Below, in pieces: positions 9,788 to 19,269 of a stretch of DNA of 64,000 nt. Source of the stretch: Bacteroidota bacterium (GTDB taxonomy: Bacteria; Bacteroidota; Bacteroidia; NS11-12g; UBA955). Numbering within the stretch: the first letter of the stretch is position 1; the number at the start of each line of letters is the position of its first letter. The stretch lies in the NCBI GenBank assembly GCA_030682255.1, contig JAUXOK010000026.1, forward strand, positions 96,567-160,566, in the 5' to 3' direction. The notes beneath the pieces are model-generated. The model was not told where the DNA came from and ran no database searches. It saw nothing but the letters and a program-made list of their open reading frames with translations. A program made the position numbers and the translations under genes.

Positions 9788-10360
9788 ATGTCAATAGATT
9801 TATTATTCCAAAACATTGAAAAACACATTGTATTAACTGACAAAGAAAAATCCATGTTGTCCGATTTCCTGGAAGAAAAAACTTTTAGAAAAAGACATTA
9901 TTTTGTTCAGGAAGGACAATATGCTAATTATTCAGCATTTGTAACAAAAGGGTGCATGCGATCTTATTATGTGGACACCAATGGATTCGAACACATTCTT
10001 CAGTTTGCTATAGAAGACTGGTGGATTGCTGATATGATGAGTTACACCACTGGTAAAGAAGCTAGGCTTAATATTGATGCGTTAGAAAATACCGAAGCGC
10101 TACTTATTTCAAGAGAAAATCAATTAAAATTATTTGAAGTTTGTCCAAAATTTGAGAAGTATTTTAGAATTATAACTGAAAATGGTATTGTAAGTATTCA
10201 AAACCGATTGTTAGAAAACATGAGTCTTTTGGCTCCTGAACGTTATGCCAATTTCGTTAAAAAATATCCAATATTAAATCAACGATTACCACAAACACAG
10301 ATTGCGGCTTTTTTAGGAATCACACCAGAGTTTTTGAGCAAAATCAGGAATAGGGGTTAG
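9788..10360 (+). CDS. Crp/Fnr-family transcriptional regulator (cNMP-binding domain plus C-terminal HTH)
   Basis: 190 aa; a cNMP-binding-like beta-roll region, then a C-terminal HTH around QTQIAAFLGITPEFLSKIR. Confidence 0.8.
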   Translation: MSIDLLFQNIEKHIVLTDKEKSMLSDFLEEKTFRKRHYFVQEGQYANYSAFVTKGCMRSYYVDTNGFEHILQFAIEDWWIADMMSYTTGKEARLNIDALENTEALLISRENQLKLFEVCPKFEKYFRIITENGIVSIQNRLLENMSLLAPERYANFVKKYPILNQRLPQTQIAAFLGITPEFLSKIRNRG

Positions 10361-10361
10361 G

Positions 10362-10490
10362 TTATGGTTAATGGTGTCCCGCATGAAAAATGCGGGAGGG
10401 TTAATAGTGTAAGGGTTAATGGTTTATTGGTTAATGTTGTCCCGCATGAAAACTGCGGGATAGTGATTAGGAAGTAGGGGGAAGAAAATT
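10362..10490. repeat. gene-less copy of the GGTTAATGG-rich repeat element, containing two copies of the hairpin GTCCCGCATGAAAAaTGCGGGA
   Basis: gggttaggttatGGTTAATGGtgtCCCGCATgaaaaATGCGGGagGGTTAATAGTGTAAGGGTTAATGGtttattGGTTAATGttgtCCCGCATgaaaacTGCGGGatagtgattaggAAGTAGGGGGAAG. It abuts the Crp gene stop codon. Confidence 0.55.
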
Positions 10491-10621
10491 TCCTGCCTTA
10501 TGTATTTATAATGCAAAAAAATTAAAACCCTTAATCTAGATTAATGTTTTTTCTTAACTTAGTTCATGTATGTGATGGTGGGGCGCATGTTACCTTCGCA
10601 TCAATCAATAATCTAAAAAAA

Positions 10622-11146
10622 ATGGCAAATTATCAAATCGACAACATGCACTCTGAAGTGAGTTTTAAAGTAAAACACTTAATGATTTCTACCGTTACAG
10701 GACAGTTTTCTGAGTTTAATTCAACAATGGTTTCAGAAGCAGCAGATTTTTCTGATGCTAAAATCAATTTTGAAGCAAGTATCAATAGTATTTCTACAAA
10801 CAACTCTCAAAGAGATGAGCATTTAAAAAGTGCAGATTTTTTTGATGCAGCCAATCATCCTAAAATGACCTTTGTTTCAAATGCTATGACAAGCAAAGGG
10901 GATTCAGAATATGCTTTGTCTGGCATTTTAACTATCAGAGGCCATGCAAAACCAGTGATATTAAACGTCCAATACGAGGGCAAAATGGTGGACCCTTATG
11001 GCAACGAAAAACATGGCTTTGAAATATCAGGCAAAATAAGCAGAAAAGAATTTGGCTTAGAATGGTCGGCAGTTACAGAAGCTGGAGGCATAGTAGTTTC
11101 TGACGAAGTAAAACTAGCCATCAACGCACAGTTTCAAAAATTGTAG
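10622..11146 (+). CDS. YceI-family periplasmic polyisoprenoid-binding protein
   Basis: MANYQIDNMHSEVSFKVKHLMISTVTGQFSEF is the characteristic YceI N-terminus. Track start at 10544 is probably an upstream alternative start. Confidence 0.8.
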   Translation: MANYQIDNMHSEVSFKVKHLMISTVTGQFSEFNSTMVSEAADFSDAKINFEASINSISTNNSQRDEHLKSADFFDAANHPKMTFVSNAMTSKGDSEYALSGILTIRGHAKPVILNVQYEGKMVDPYGNEKHGFEISGKISRKEFGLEWSAVTEAGGIVVSDEVKLAINAQFQKL

Positions 11147-11174
11147 TTTTTTATAAGTATATTAAATGTGTTTA

Positions 11175-11208
11175 AACGCCTTGAATGTTATGTTCAAGGC
11201 GTTTTTGT
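11175..11208 (+). terminator. rho-independent terminator after the YceI gene
   Basis: AACGCCTTGAA-tgttatg-TTCAAGGCGTT followed by TTTTG. Confidence 0.75.
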
Positions 11209-11384
11209 TATGTAACAAAATAATATTTTATATGAGCTTGATTGGAATAAAAAATTACAACAGGTGAAATTGAGAATATTAGAGTATTAATAATAGAACA
11301 ATTATTGAGGGGGGAGATTTTTAACCTTAATTAATTAAAAAATTAAACCCACAATCTATTATTAGTATTATTTTTGTTTCGAAG

Positions 11385-11600
11385 ATGAAAGTCATTTTAA
11401 ATATTTGGGTGGTTATTCCAATGTTGATTCTACCACTTTTATTTATAGGGGCAATTATTTTGGCATATTTGTATGATTACAGTAAAAACAAAAAACTTAT
11501 CATACAAATCACAAGGATATTAGTTAAATTCATTTTAATTATTTTATTGATTATTTTGGTCTATGAATTAGTTACATTGATGATTTCGTTAGTCAGATAA
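11385..11600 (+). CDS. possible small (71 aa) two-TM membrane protein
   Basis: Highly hydrophobic ORF; no other support. Confidence 0.25.
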   Translation: MKVILNIWVVIPMLILPLLFIGAIILAYLYDYSKNKKLIIQITRILVKFILIILLIILVYELVTLMISLVR

Positions 11601-11632
11601 GCAAGATGATTGAAATCGCAACTTCCAAAGCT

Positions 11633-12418
11633 CTACTCCCTTCCGTCCAATAAATTTCCTAATCCTCCTAAAATTGAACCTTCTTCTTTTCTCCTGAATC
11701 CACCATAACTGATGATTCTAGATGCTAAACGACTGATAGGCAAACTTTGTATCCATACTTTGCCCGGTCCTTGAAGTGTTGCAAAAAATAAGCCCTCGCC
11801 ACCAAACATAACGTTTTTGATACCTTTTACAAACTGAATATCATAATCAACCGATTGTTCGAATCCAACAATACAACCTGTGTCAATTTTTATTAATTCA
11901 CCTGCTTTTAATTCTCTTTCAATTACATGACCGCCAGCATGCACAAAAGCCAAGCCATCTCCTTCTAGTTTTTGCATAATAAAACCTTCGCCACCAAACA
12001 AACCTGTGCCTAATTTTCTTTGAAACTCAATGCCTACTGAAACTCCTTTGGCTGCACATAAAAAGGCATCTTTCTGACAAATGACTTTTCCTTTTAATAA
12101 AGATAAATCCATAGGAATAATTTTACCAGGATAAGGTGCAGCGAATGTAACTTTCTTTTTACCGTAGCCAACATTGGTAAAGGCTGTCATAAACAAACTT
12201 TCGCCAGTTAACAATCTTTTGCCAGCAGAAACCAATTTACCAAGAAGTCCACTTTGTTGAGCACTTCCGTCTCCAAAAATGGTTTCCATTTGAATTTCTT
12301 GATCCATCATCATAAAGCTGCCGCTTTCGCCAACAGCGGTTTCTTGTGGGTCGAGCTCAATTTCAACACATTGCATCTCTTCGCCAATAATTTTGTAGTC
12401 AATTTCGTGGTTTTGCAT
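11633..12418 (-). CDS. AIM24 / TIGR00266 (DUF124) family protein
   Basis: 261 aa; the Gly-rich pattern GEGFIMQKLEGDGLAFVHAGG and overall composition match this family. Confidence 0.75.
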   Translation of the reverse strand: MQNHEIDYKIIGEEMQCVEIELDPQETAVGESGSFMMMDQEIQMETIFGDGSAQQSGLLGKLVSAGKRLLTGESLFMTAFTNVGYGKKKVTFAAPYPGKIIPMDLSLLKGKVICQKDAFLCAAKGVSVGIEFQRKLGTGLFGGEGFIMQKLEGDGLAFVHAGGHVIERELKAGELIKIDTGCIVGFEQSVDYDIQFVKGIKNVMFGGEGLFFATLQGPGKVWIQSLPISRLASRIISYGGFRRKEEGSILGGLGNLLDGRE

Positions 12419-12528
12419 GACGCAAATATCAGTAGAAATATTATTAACTTGTATTTCTTTTAATCTAAAAAAAACAAAACCTAAACGACAAAATTGATTG
12501 CGTTATTCAAAACTAAAAACTAAACCAT

Positions 12529-13530
12529 TCAATTAAACTTTTTACTTTTCAATACTTTGCCATTTTTATCTTTAATCAACCAAACACCAATTGGTTCACA
12601 ATAGATAGAATTACCACATGTAAAATGAATCACATCATTTTCATTGCTTGAGTGTTTATGAACTATTGGTTTAAAACAAGCAATCATGACATCTTGGGTT
12701 TGAGGATTGTAATAATTCCATGTATCTTTTGCTAAATAATTGTTATACTCAATTAGCCTTAATAAACTCCCAAAATCGAAACTATCTTTTTGTAAATTAA
12801 TTTCAATAAAAGTCTTTATGAAATAAGGACTAATAAAAGTCTTTAAAAAGTCAAATTCCATTCGACTTGAAAAGCCTTCAATAATCAAAAGGCCAGAACT
12901 ATCAAAAGTTTTTAATCGAAAGGTGCTATCATTAATTTTTTGACAAGTAAATTCAATTGATGGTATTTTTGTTTGATAATATTTCGTGTAAGAATAATAA
13001 CTGCTTTCAAAATAGCCTTTTTTCTCCGACAACAAAAAAGTATCACTATTGACTATTTGATACAATAAAACATTGTTGTTTTTATTAAGTCTCTCAAAAT
13101 TTTCAGATGTTACTGGAATTATTTCAAATTGACTGTTTTGATTTTTAACTTTTAAGACAAAGTCATTTTGATCATTTAATGTTGTAAATCTCATAGGTTC
13201 GGCATAGCGATATTCCCCTAATATTTCATACTTTATACTATCTATTAACAGTTCGGAATATCCATTGGTTCTGGCTAAAACTGAAGTAAATTTTTTCGTT
13301 CTACTTCCCAAAATTTTTTGGGCTAAAATATCCTTTATTTGAGAGTCTTTAACTACCGTTCGGGCATCGTCTATCTTGGCAAGCCAATTGGATGCAAATG
13401 TTGCATCTAGGGTACTATCGTAGGCGGTAAAAGCAGCCAATTCGTCAACAAAAATTGCGTGAAGGGTGTCGGATGTTTCGCACATATAGTCATCGCTGCT
13501 ATTATATGCTCTGATAATTTCTTTTGCCAT
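12529..13530 (-). CDS. hypothetical protein (333 aa, no recognisable domain, no signal peptide)
   Basis: Long clean ORF with an ATG start; the 21-bp repeat array lies upstream of it. Confidence 0.55.
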   Translation of the reverse strand: MAKEIIRAYNSSDDYMCETSDTLHAIFVDELAAFTAYDSTLDATFASNWLAKIDDARTVVKDSQIKDILAQKILGSRTKKFTSVLARTNGYSELLIDSIKYEILGEYRYAEPMRFTTLNDQNDFVLKVKNQNSQFEIIPVTSENFERLNKNNNVLLYQIVNSDTFLLSEKKGYFESSYYSYTKYYQTKIPSIEFTCQKINDSTFRLKTFDSSGLLIIEGFSSRMEFDFLKTFISPYFIKTFIEINLQKDSFDFGSLLRLIEYNNYLAKDTWNYYNPQTQDVMIACFKPIVHKHSSNENDVIHFTCGNSIYCEPIGVWLIKDKNGKVLKSKKFN

Positions 13531-13755
13531 AGTGATTAATATTTAATATGTTTTAATTAATACTATTGACGAGGCAACAATAAAAATATTGTGTTAGATG
13601 TAAAAAAAATTAAAATACATCTACAAACAACTGATTATCAATTAAATATTTTTTACAAGTAATAAATAGGAATTTATTGATTTCTAAAAATAGCGTTGTT
13701 ATAACTTAAAAACACTTAGTTGAACAACAAAATTGTCTAGTTGTAAATAAAAACT

Positions 13756-13944
13756 GTTTAGTTGATGTCCGTCACCGTTTTGTTAATGAACATCAACGTT
13801 TAGTTGATACCCATCACCATTTAGTTAATGCTCATCACCGTTTAGTTGATGCTCATCACCGTTTAGTTGATGCTCATCACTGTTTAGTTGATACTCATCA
13901 CCATTTAGTTGATACCCGTCACCGTTTAGTTGATGCTCGTCACC
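13756..13944. repeat. tandem array, 9 copies of a 21-bp unit GTTTAGTTGATGCTCATCACC, each containing the inverted repeat GTTGATG-N2-CATCAC(C)
   Basis: Units in exact 21-bp phase from 13756 to 13944, with point variants such as GATACCCATCACC and GATGTCCGTCACC. Sits in the 686-bp interval between two minus-strand genes, about 225 bp upstream of the start of the 12529..13530 gene. Confidence 0.85.
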
Positions 13945-14164
13945 AATTTTAAAGATTAACTAAATCCTTTGCTAGCCTTGCTAAATAAGGAATTACATCA
14001 ACTAAGTGATATTAAAAACCAACTATCTCTTAGATGGTTTTAAAACAACATTATAAATCCCTTAAAGATTGAAGATAAGATTTAAGAAATTAAAAAAATT
14101 ACCTGTATTATGATTGATAATTTTAAATAATGGTTGATTGAAAAAGAAAATTCAAAGACTGAAA

Positions 14165-14201
14165 CAAAAAATGCAAGTAAAGGTGTTTACTTGCTTTTTT
14201 A
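14165..14201 (-). terminator. rho-independent (bidirectional) terminator after the 843-aa T9SS cargo gene
   Basis: aaaaaaatGCAAGTAAAggtgtTTTACTTGCtttttt; A-run and T-run on either side. Confidence 0.65.
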
Positions 14202-14216
14202 GGAAATCAAGAGGAA

Positions 14217-16748
14217 TTATCTTAAAAGACTTATTGTGCCATTTTTAAAGTGTTTTTTTTCTTGTAAATCAACAATTGTTAATGAATACATATATACGCC
14301 CTCTTGACAAATTTGATTTTTAAAATTGCCATCCCAAAAAGGTTGTACATTGGTTATTTCAAAAATAAGTTCACCCCAACGATTGAATATTGACATTTTA
14401 ATGGACTTAGCATTACTGATAGTAGGCTGAAATACATCATTTATTCCATCATTATTAGGGCTAAATGAGTTAGGAATATACTCTACCAATTTTAAACAAG
14501 GAGTAAATTCTATTGTATCTGAATTAAAGCAATTATTTTTTTGGATTCTAACAAAATAAACACCAGGTTCAGTCACAATTATGCTGTTTTGGGTACTTCC
14601 ATTACTCCATAAATAACTTTGTGCGAACGGTGCTCTAAGCATTTGATGATTACAAAGAAAAGTATCTTTACCTATAAATATGTCAGGCTTTGGTAATTTA
14701 TTTACACTTATTGTGTCTGAGTTATAACAAAATGGATATTGAGCTTTAACCCAATAAGAACCTTTTGAATAAACATTGGTTATGGCGCCTGTATCATCAT
14801 TACTCCAAAGGTAATGTATTCCAGTAATTGGAGTTATTTTAAGTTGCACTTTATCACAAATAGTGGTATCGGGTATAATTTCAATTTTTGGAGGGGGTAT
14901 TTGATTTAGATTAATTGTATCTGATGCTTCACAATGGTTGCTTCCAGTTACCTTTACATGATACAATCCTTCTTTATCTACCATAATTGAATAGGTAGAT
15001 TCTTCTGTATTCCATTTGTAATTTTTAAACCCGATTCCAGCATCTAGTTTTTTAGTAAAAGCATTGCAGAACGTTTCGTCATCTCCAATAAACACATTTG
15101 GCACATTACCTAAACTTATTTTTATGGTGTCTGCCAAGTTGCAAAATTTGTGTTTATAGGTTAGAATATACTCACCCGGAATATCTGTATATAGCTGCTG
15201 TGTGGTATCAATTGTGTTCCAATAAAATTGAATATTTAAATTGTTGTTTTGGTCTTTAATTAAAACTTTAGTATTAGGGCATATTATTGTATCATTGCCT
15301 AAATTTGGCTTTTGTTTACTAACAATATTAATTGATGAATAAATAATTGTGTCTTTGCCATCTGGCAATGAAACAATGGCTGAAACATTAAATATACGAT
15401 AATAGGCATACAGATGTTTTACATATGGTTCAGTTGTTTGCTTGGTGTTTCCATCTCCAAAATGCCAGACTATTTTTGTAACATCTGTGTTTACAATCTT
15501 AATTAATGCAGAATCCGACAAACAAGTGGTATCAGTTACTATTTTAATGGGATAATAAATTTGAGATTGTACACAATTGGGCAAACCAACTTTTGTTTTT
15601 GTTGAATTAGTGTATGTTTTTAATGCTCTATATTCAAAATCTGTTTTTAAACCATTGCTATCAGGATTATTTATAACGCTCAAAGCTGAGTCAACAAAAC
15701 CCATTGTTGCGTATATTTTTCTATTAGGTGCCAATTGTAAACTATAAAATTGATTATAATTATTAGAATTAATTTTCAAACGGATTTTATTAACATCAAT
15801 GTTATTTTTTATTGAATCTATGGGTATTTGATAAATGCCTTTATCTGAATTTAAGTCACATGTAAAATATAAAAATTTTTCATTTGGAGAAAATTCACAA
15901 CCATAAGCAAATTCTCTTGATTTAAGACCAAGAACAATTCTTCTATAATTGCTAAACGTACCATTGGAATGGTTAAAATCTAAAAAATGTATATAACTAT
16001 AGTCAGTGTCATTCTCATGAGATCTATATTCTGTAAATGCCAAATATTTGCCATTAGATGAAAATTTCATTTGCCCAATTCCATAACTAACATGACGACC
16101 CCAATCTGTGCCATCACCATATCCAATTTTATTAGTATTCATTTTATGAATAATTGGACTAGAGATACCATTTTCTGTAAGCTTATATAAATAAATAGAA
16201 TCAGAAAAATATTTTATGGAGGCAATCCAAACATCTTGTCCATTTTGGTGATTAACAGCTGTTAGTTTTTCACTAGAGTTTTTAAAAAGAAATGTGTTCT
16301 TTTCTATTACTTTTCCTAGTCCACTGTTTAAGTTTATATCAACGATGGAATAAAATACACCATTATTTGAAATTAAAGGATTAAGATTTACATGATCTGA
16401 AGTAAATAAGTAATAAAGATTAGAGTTTCCAGGTTGTTTTACAATCAATGCAGATTGCGTACTTGATACTCCTCCTAATAATCCAAAACCATTTTCCAAC
16501 GTATCGTGATTTTTATTCCAAATAGTAATACCGTCTGTATAAAACAATAAATTTCCATTATTATCTGAAATTGATGAACTACCTTCAAAAGCGTTCATTT
16601 TTGATTTATTATGAATAGTGTCAGATAAATGATTGAAATCTATAGAAGCATTCTGACCAAAACACCAATTGTTATAATATTTTTGAGTATAAATATTATT
16701 TGCAAATATTAATAAGAACAAAGACAATATAATGTATTTTGTTTTCAT
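14217..16748 (-). CDS. large secreted protein with a T9SS type-B sorting domain (gliding motility-associated C-terminal domain, CHU_C)
   Basis: Signal peptide MKTKYIILSLFLLIFANNIYTQ; C-terminus YIPNSFSPNNDGINDVFQP...WDGNFKNQ...GVYMYSL matches the type-B CTD. Confidence 0.7.
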   Translation of the reverse strand: MKTKYIILSLFLLIFANNIYTQKYYNNWCFGQNASIDFNHLSDTIHNKSKMNAFEGSSSISDNNGNLLFYTDGITIWNKNHDTLENGFGLLGGVSSTQSALIVKQPGNSNLYYLFTSDHVNLNPLISNNGVFYSIVDINLNSGLGKVIEKNTFLFKNSSEKLTAVNHQNGQDVWIASIKYFSDSIYLYKLTENGISSPIIHKMNTNKIGYGDGTDWGRHVSYGIGQMKFSSNGKYLAFTEYRSHENDTDYSYIHFLDFNHSNGTFSNYRRIVLGLKSREFAYGCEFSPNEKFLYFTCDLNSDKGIYQIPIDSIKNNIDVNKIRLKINSNNYNQFYSLQLAPNRKIYATMGFVDSALSVINNPDSNGLKTDFEYRALKTYTNSTKTKVGLPNCVQSQIYYPIKIVTDTTCLSDSALIKIVNTDVTKIVWHFGDGNTKQTTEPYVKHLYAYYRIFNVSAIVSLPDGKDTIIYSSINIVSKQKPNLGNDTIICPNTKVLIKDQNNNLNIQFYWNTIDTTQQLYTDIPGEYILTYKHKFCNLADTIKISLGNVPNVFIGDDETFCNAFTKKLDAGIGFKNYKWNTEESTYSIMVDKEGLYHVKVTGSNHCEASDTINLNQIPPPKIEIIPDTTICDKVQLKITPITGIHYLWSNDDTGAITNVYSKGSYWVKAQYPFCYNSDTISVNKLPKPDIFIGKDTFLCNHQMLRAPFAQSYLWSNGSTQNSIIVTEPGVYFVRIQKNNCFNSDTIEFTPCLKLVEYIPNSFSPNNDGINDVFQPTISNAKSIKMSIFNRWGELIFEITNVQPFWDGNFKNQICQEGVYMYSLTIVDLQEKKHFKNGTISLLR

Positions 16749-16824
16749 TTATATGCAAAAGTAATAATTAATTACAAATTAAAAAAATATTGAACTAATT
16801 ATTACTTTTGATTTTTGGGGACAA

Positions 16825-17463
16825 TTATGGGATACAATAAAATTCAAATCGTGCTGTATTTGTACTAGTAACTATTACTTCTATTCTAACACCATTAGTA
16901 CAGCCAGAACAAAAATTTTGTGGTGGATACATCAAATATGTTGAATTACCGTTATTCACCATTGTTTGAAAATCACCCCATGGAAAAAATTCTGGTGTAG
17001 ATGAAGTAAGAATAAAGATTCTATTTGGGCATTCACAATTTGGGTTATCTGGACATTTTGCACATGGTCCATACATTTTACAATTATTATTTGGATTAAT
17101 TGTAGGATTCCCCGGAGTACAACAAGGCAAATTACCTGGTGTACCACAAGTAAGAGGATCATTTGAACAACAACAAGGTGGATTAGTTCCAACTCCACAT
17201 CCAGGTCCACTAGAACAATTTTGAGGTGTACACCCACCACCAGCAAAAATCTTCTTAGCTGGAATTATGTAAGAGCATCCACTATAGCCCCAAAAAAAAT
17301 CCAAATCACAAGGTATATTATTGACTACTTCAATTTCCATACAATTTGGGTCACATGGCGGATCAGGAGGAGTTGTACAAGGTGTCATTTGTGCATTAAT
17401 TTTCAATACTATTAACATTAAAAATGTTAAAGTTAAAACTGGTTTTAGAATTACTTTTTTCAT
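16825..17463 (-). CDS. cysteine/proline/asparagine-rich secreted protein (212 aa, about 36 Cys), unknown function
   Basis: Signal peptide MKKVILKPVLTLTFLMLIVLKINAQ, then dense CxxC/CC/CCC patterns (PPCDPNC, CCCSNDPLTCGTPGNLPCCTPGNP, CAKCPDNPNCECPN). No T9SS CTD. Confidence 0.55.
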   Translation of the reverse strand: MKKVILKPVLTLTFLMLIVLKINAQMTPCTTPPDPPCDPNCMEIEVVNNIPCDLDFFWGYSGCSYIIPAKKIFAGGGCTPQNCSSGPGCGVGTNPPCCCSNDPLTCGTPGNLPCCTPGNPTINPNNNCKMYGPCAKCPDNPNCECPNRIFILTSSTPEFFPWGDFQTMVNNGNSTYLMYPPQNFCSGCTNGVRIEVIVTSTNTARFEFYCIP

Positions 17464-17585
17464 ATTTTTTAAATAATTATTAAATGTTATACAAACATCT
17501 AATCGATTTATTTAGTTTACAAACACAATAAATAGTTTTGAATATTTAAATTATAGCTCAAATTAATTAAATTATACTTTTTATA

Positions 17586-17903
17586 TTATAAATTTAATTT
17601 TTTCAACAATTGCACCATCTCAATCATTAGTTTTGGAGCATTAAGAGAGCAAAAATTTATTGTATTACATTGTGTGCAATTATTTAAAACTTGTTTCCAT
17701 TCAAATGTCAATAAATAATAAGGTGTAACACCTAATTCTTTAGAAATATCATATAAACAACTTAAAGATATATCAATTTCTCCTTTTTCTATCTTCTGAA
17801 GCCAATTTTGACTCTTACCTAGCTTATTAGCTAATCCGTCTTGAGAAAAACCTTTAATGGTTCTTAAAATTCTTACATTTTCTCCTAGTTTAGTATTTAT
17901 CAT
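17586..17903 (-). CDS. XRE-family helix-turn-helix transcriptional regulator
   Basis: 105 aa; HTH region VRILRTIKGFSQDGLANKLGKSQNWLQKIEKGEIDISLSCLYDISKELGV. Lies directly upstream of, and co-oriented with, the Cys-rich protein gene. Confidence 0.6.
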   Translation of the reverse strand: MINTKLGENVRILRTIKGFSQDGLANKLGKSQNWLQKIEKGEIDISLSCLYDISKELGVTPYYLLTFEWKQVLNNCTQCNTINFCSLNAPKLMIEMVQLLKKLNL

Positions 17904-17944
17904 ATTTTAATTTTGTACAATAATATGAAAAAATGTTTAAAAAG

Positions 17945-17978
17945 CAAAAAACAAGTAAATTCCTTTACTTGTTTTTAA
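17945..17978 (-). terminator. rho-independent (bidirectional) terminator downstream of sdhB
   Basis: aaaaaACAAGTAAAttcctTTTACTTGTttttt. Confidence 0.65.
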
Positions 17979-18035
17979 AAATCAAAAATCTTTCCAATAG
18001 CCACAGCTATCGAAACTAAAATCAAAAAACACATT

Positions 18036-18782
18036 CTATTCGCTTACCAAACTCGCAGACAGATATTCTCTGTTTAATCTAGCAATATTGCTTAAGCTGA
18101 TTTCTTTAGGACACTCTGCACTGCAAGCACCTGTATTGGTACATGCGCCAAAACCTTCTGCATCCATTTGATTCACCATGGCAATGGCACGTTTTTTAGC
18201 TTCTGGTTGCCCTTGTGGCAATAATGATAACTGTGATACTTTAGCTGACACAAACAACATGGCACTGGCGTTTTTACAAGCTGCTACACAGGCACCACAA
18301 CCAATACAAGCTGCACTCATAAAGGCTTCGTCTGCGATGTCTTTACCAATTGGCAAAGCATTCGCATCTTGGGCATTACCAGTATTCACACTCACAAATC
18401 CACCCGCTGACATAATTCTATCAAAAGAACTTCTATCAACTGATAAATCTTTCAAAACAGGAAATGCGGCTGCTCTCCATGGTTCTACAACAATGATATC
18501 GCCATCTTTAAAAGAACGCATGTGCAATTGGCAAGTGGTTACTGCATCTTTTGGTCCATGTGGTCGCCCATTGATGTACATACTGCACATACCACAAATG
18601 CCTTCACGACAGTCGTGGTCGAAAACAACAGGTTCTTTACCTTCGTTGATCAATTGCTCATTCAACACATCAAACATTTCTAAGAATGACATGTCTTCAG
18701 ACACATGGTCTAATTTGTAGGTCTCAAACTGACCTTTACTTTTTGTATTTTTTTGTCTCCAAACTTTTAATGTTATTTTCAT
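18036..18782 (-). CDS. sdhB: succinate dehydrogenase / fumarate reductase iron-sulfur subunit
   Basis: 2Fe-2S and 4Fe-4S cysteine clusters ([11 protein letters not shown]; [11 protein letters not shown]; [12 protein letters not shown]). Confidence 0.95.
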   Translation of the reverse strand: MKITLKVWRQKNTKSKGQFETYKLDHVSEDMSFLEMFDVLNEQLINEGKEPVVFDHDCREGICGMCSMYINGRPHGPKDAVTTCQLHMRSFKDGDIIVVEPWRAAAFPVLKDLSVDRSSFDRIMSAGGFVSVNTGNAQDANALPIGKDIADEAFMSAACIGCGACVAACKNASAMLFVSAKVSQLSLLPQGQPEAKKRAIAMVNQMDAEGFGACTNTGACSAECPKEISLSNIARLNREYLSASLVSE

Positions 18783-18857
18783 TTGGTTAAGGGTTAATGG
18801 TTAATAGTTAAGGGTTATTGGTTAAGGGTTATTAGTTAAGAGTTGGGGTTGTTAACG
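18783..18857. repeat. left GGTTAAGGG/GGTTAATGG repeat flank of the four-helix-bundle element; abuts the sdhB start codon
   Basis: ttGGTTAAGGGTTAATGGTTAATAGTTAAGGGTTATTGGTTAAGGGTTATTAGTTAAGagttgggg; overlaps the last 8 codons of the four-helix-bundle gene. Confidence 0.6.
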
Positions 18858-19269
18858 TCTTGATATTATACTCGGGTTCTGGTTCTGATGCGTAATTTGA
18901 GTTAACTTTTGAGGTTAGATAATTGATGTAACCATTCATTAATTTAAGGCAAGTTTCTATTTTTGATTCTATTATGGTTAGTTTTATTGTATCAATGTAT
19001 TGATTTTCTAATGCTATCTGAAGATGGTCTAGTAATTCATATAAGGAACCTCTTGACACTCTGCAAAACTGTATATTTTCTTTGAAATGAAATCTACCAT
19101 ATCCTTCAGCAATATTATTTGTAATGGAACGGGAACATCTGATCATTTGGTCAATTAATCGGTATTGTTCTGAAACAGGAAAAGCTTTTACTAAATCAGC
19201 AACGTCAAGTCTTAGCTCTTTACAAAACTTGAAACATTCTAAATCTTCAAAACTTCTTATTTTACTCAT
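18832..19269 (-). CDS. four-helix-bundle protein (TIGR02436 / 23S rRNA intervening-sequence protein family)
   Basis: 145 aa, all-helical composition with ...SITNNIAEGYGRF...FCRVSRGSLYELLDHLQIA..., characteristic of this family. Inserted between sdhA and sdhB on the same strand. Confidence 0.7.
   Translation of the reverse strand: MSKIRSFEDLECFKFCKELRLDVADLVKAFPVSEQYRLIDQMIRCSRSITNNIAEGYGRFHFKENIQFCRVSRGSLYELLDHLQIALENQYIDTIKLTIIESKIETCLKLMNGYINYLTSKVNSNYASEPEPEYNIKTLTTPTLN

Noticed and set aside
14173-17972. Two terminators (14173-14195 and 17951-17972) with near-identical stems CAAGTAAA...TTTACTTG
   Set aside because: This could hint at a repeated element, but the shared sequence is only an 8-bp AT-rich stem and could easily be coincidental in a low-GC genome.
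18178-18720. 180-aa ORF antisense to sdhB
   Set aside because: It is fully contained in the opposite strand of a highly conserved Fe-S subunit gene and has a compositionally odd Ala/Ser-rich peptide; this is a typical shadow ORF. The same reasoning applies to antisense ORFs inside sdhA, atpA, ugd, sucD, tsf, the MBL-rhodanese gene and the giant cargo genes.
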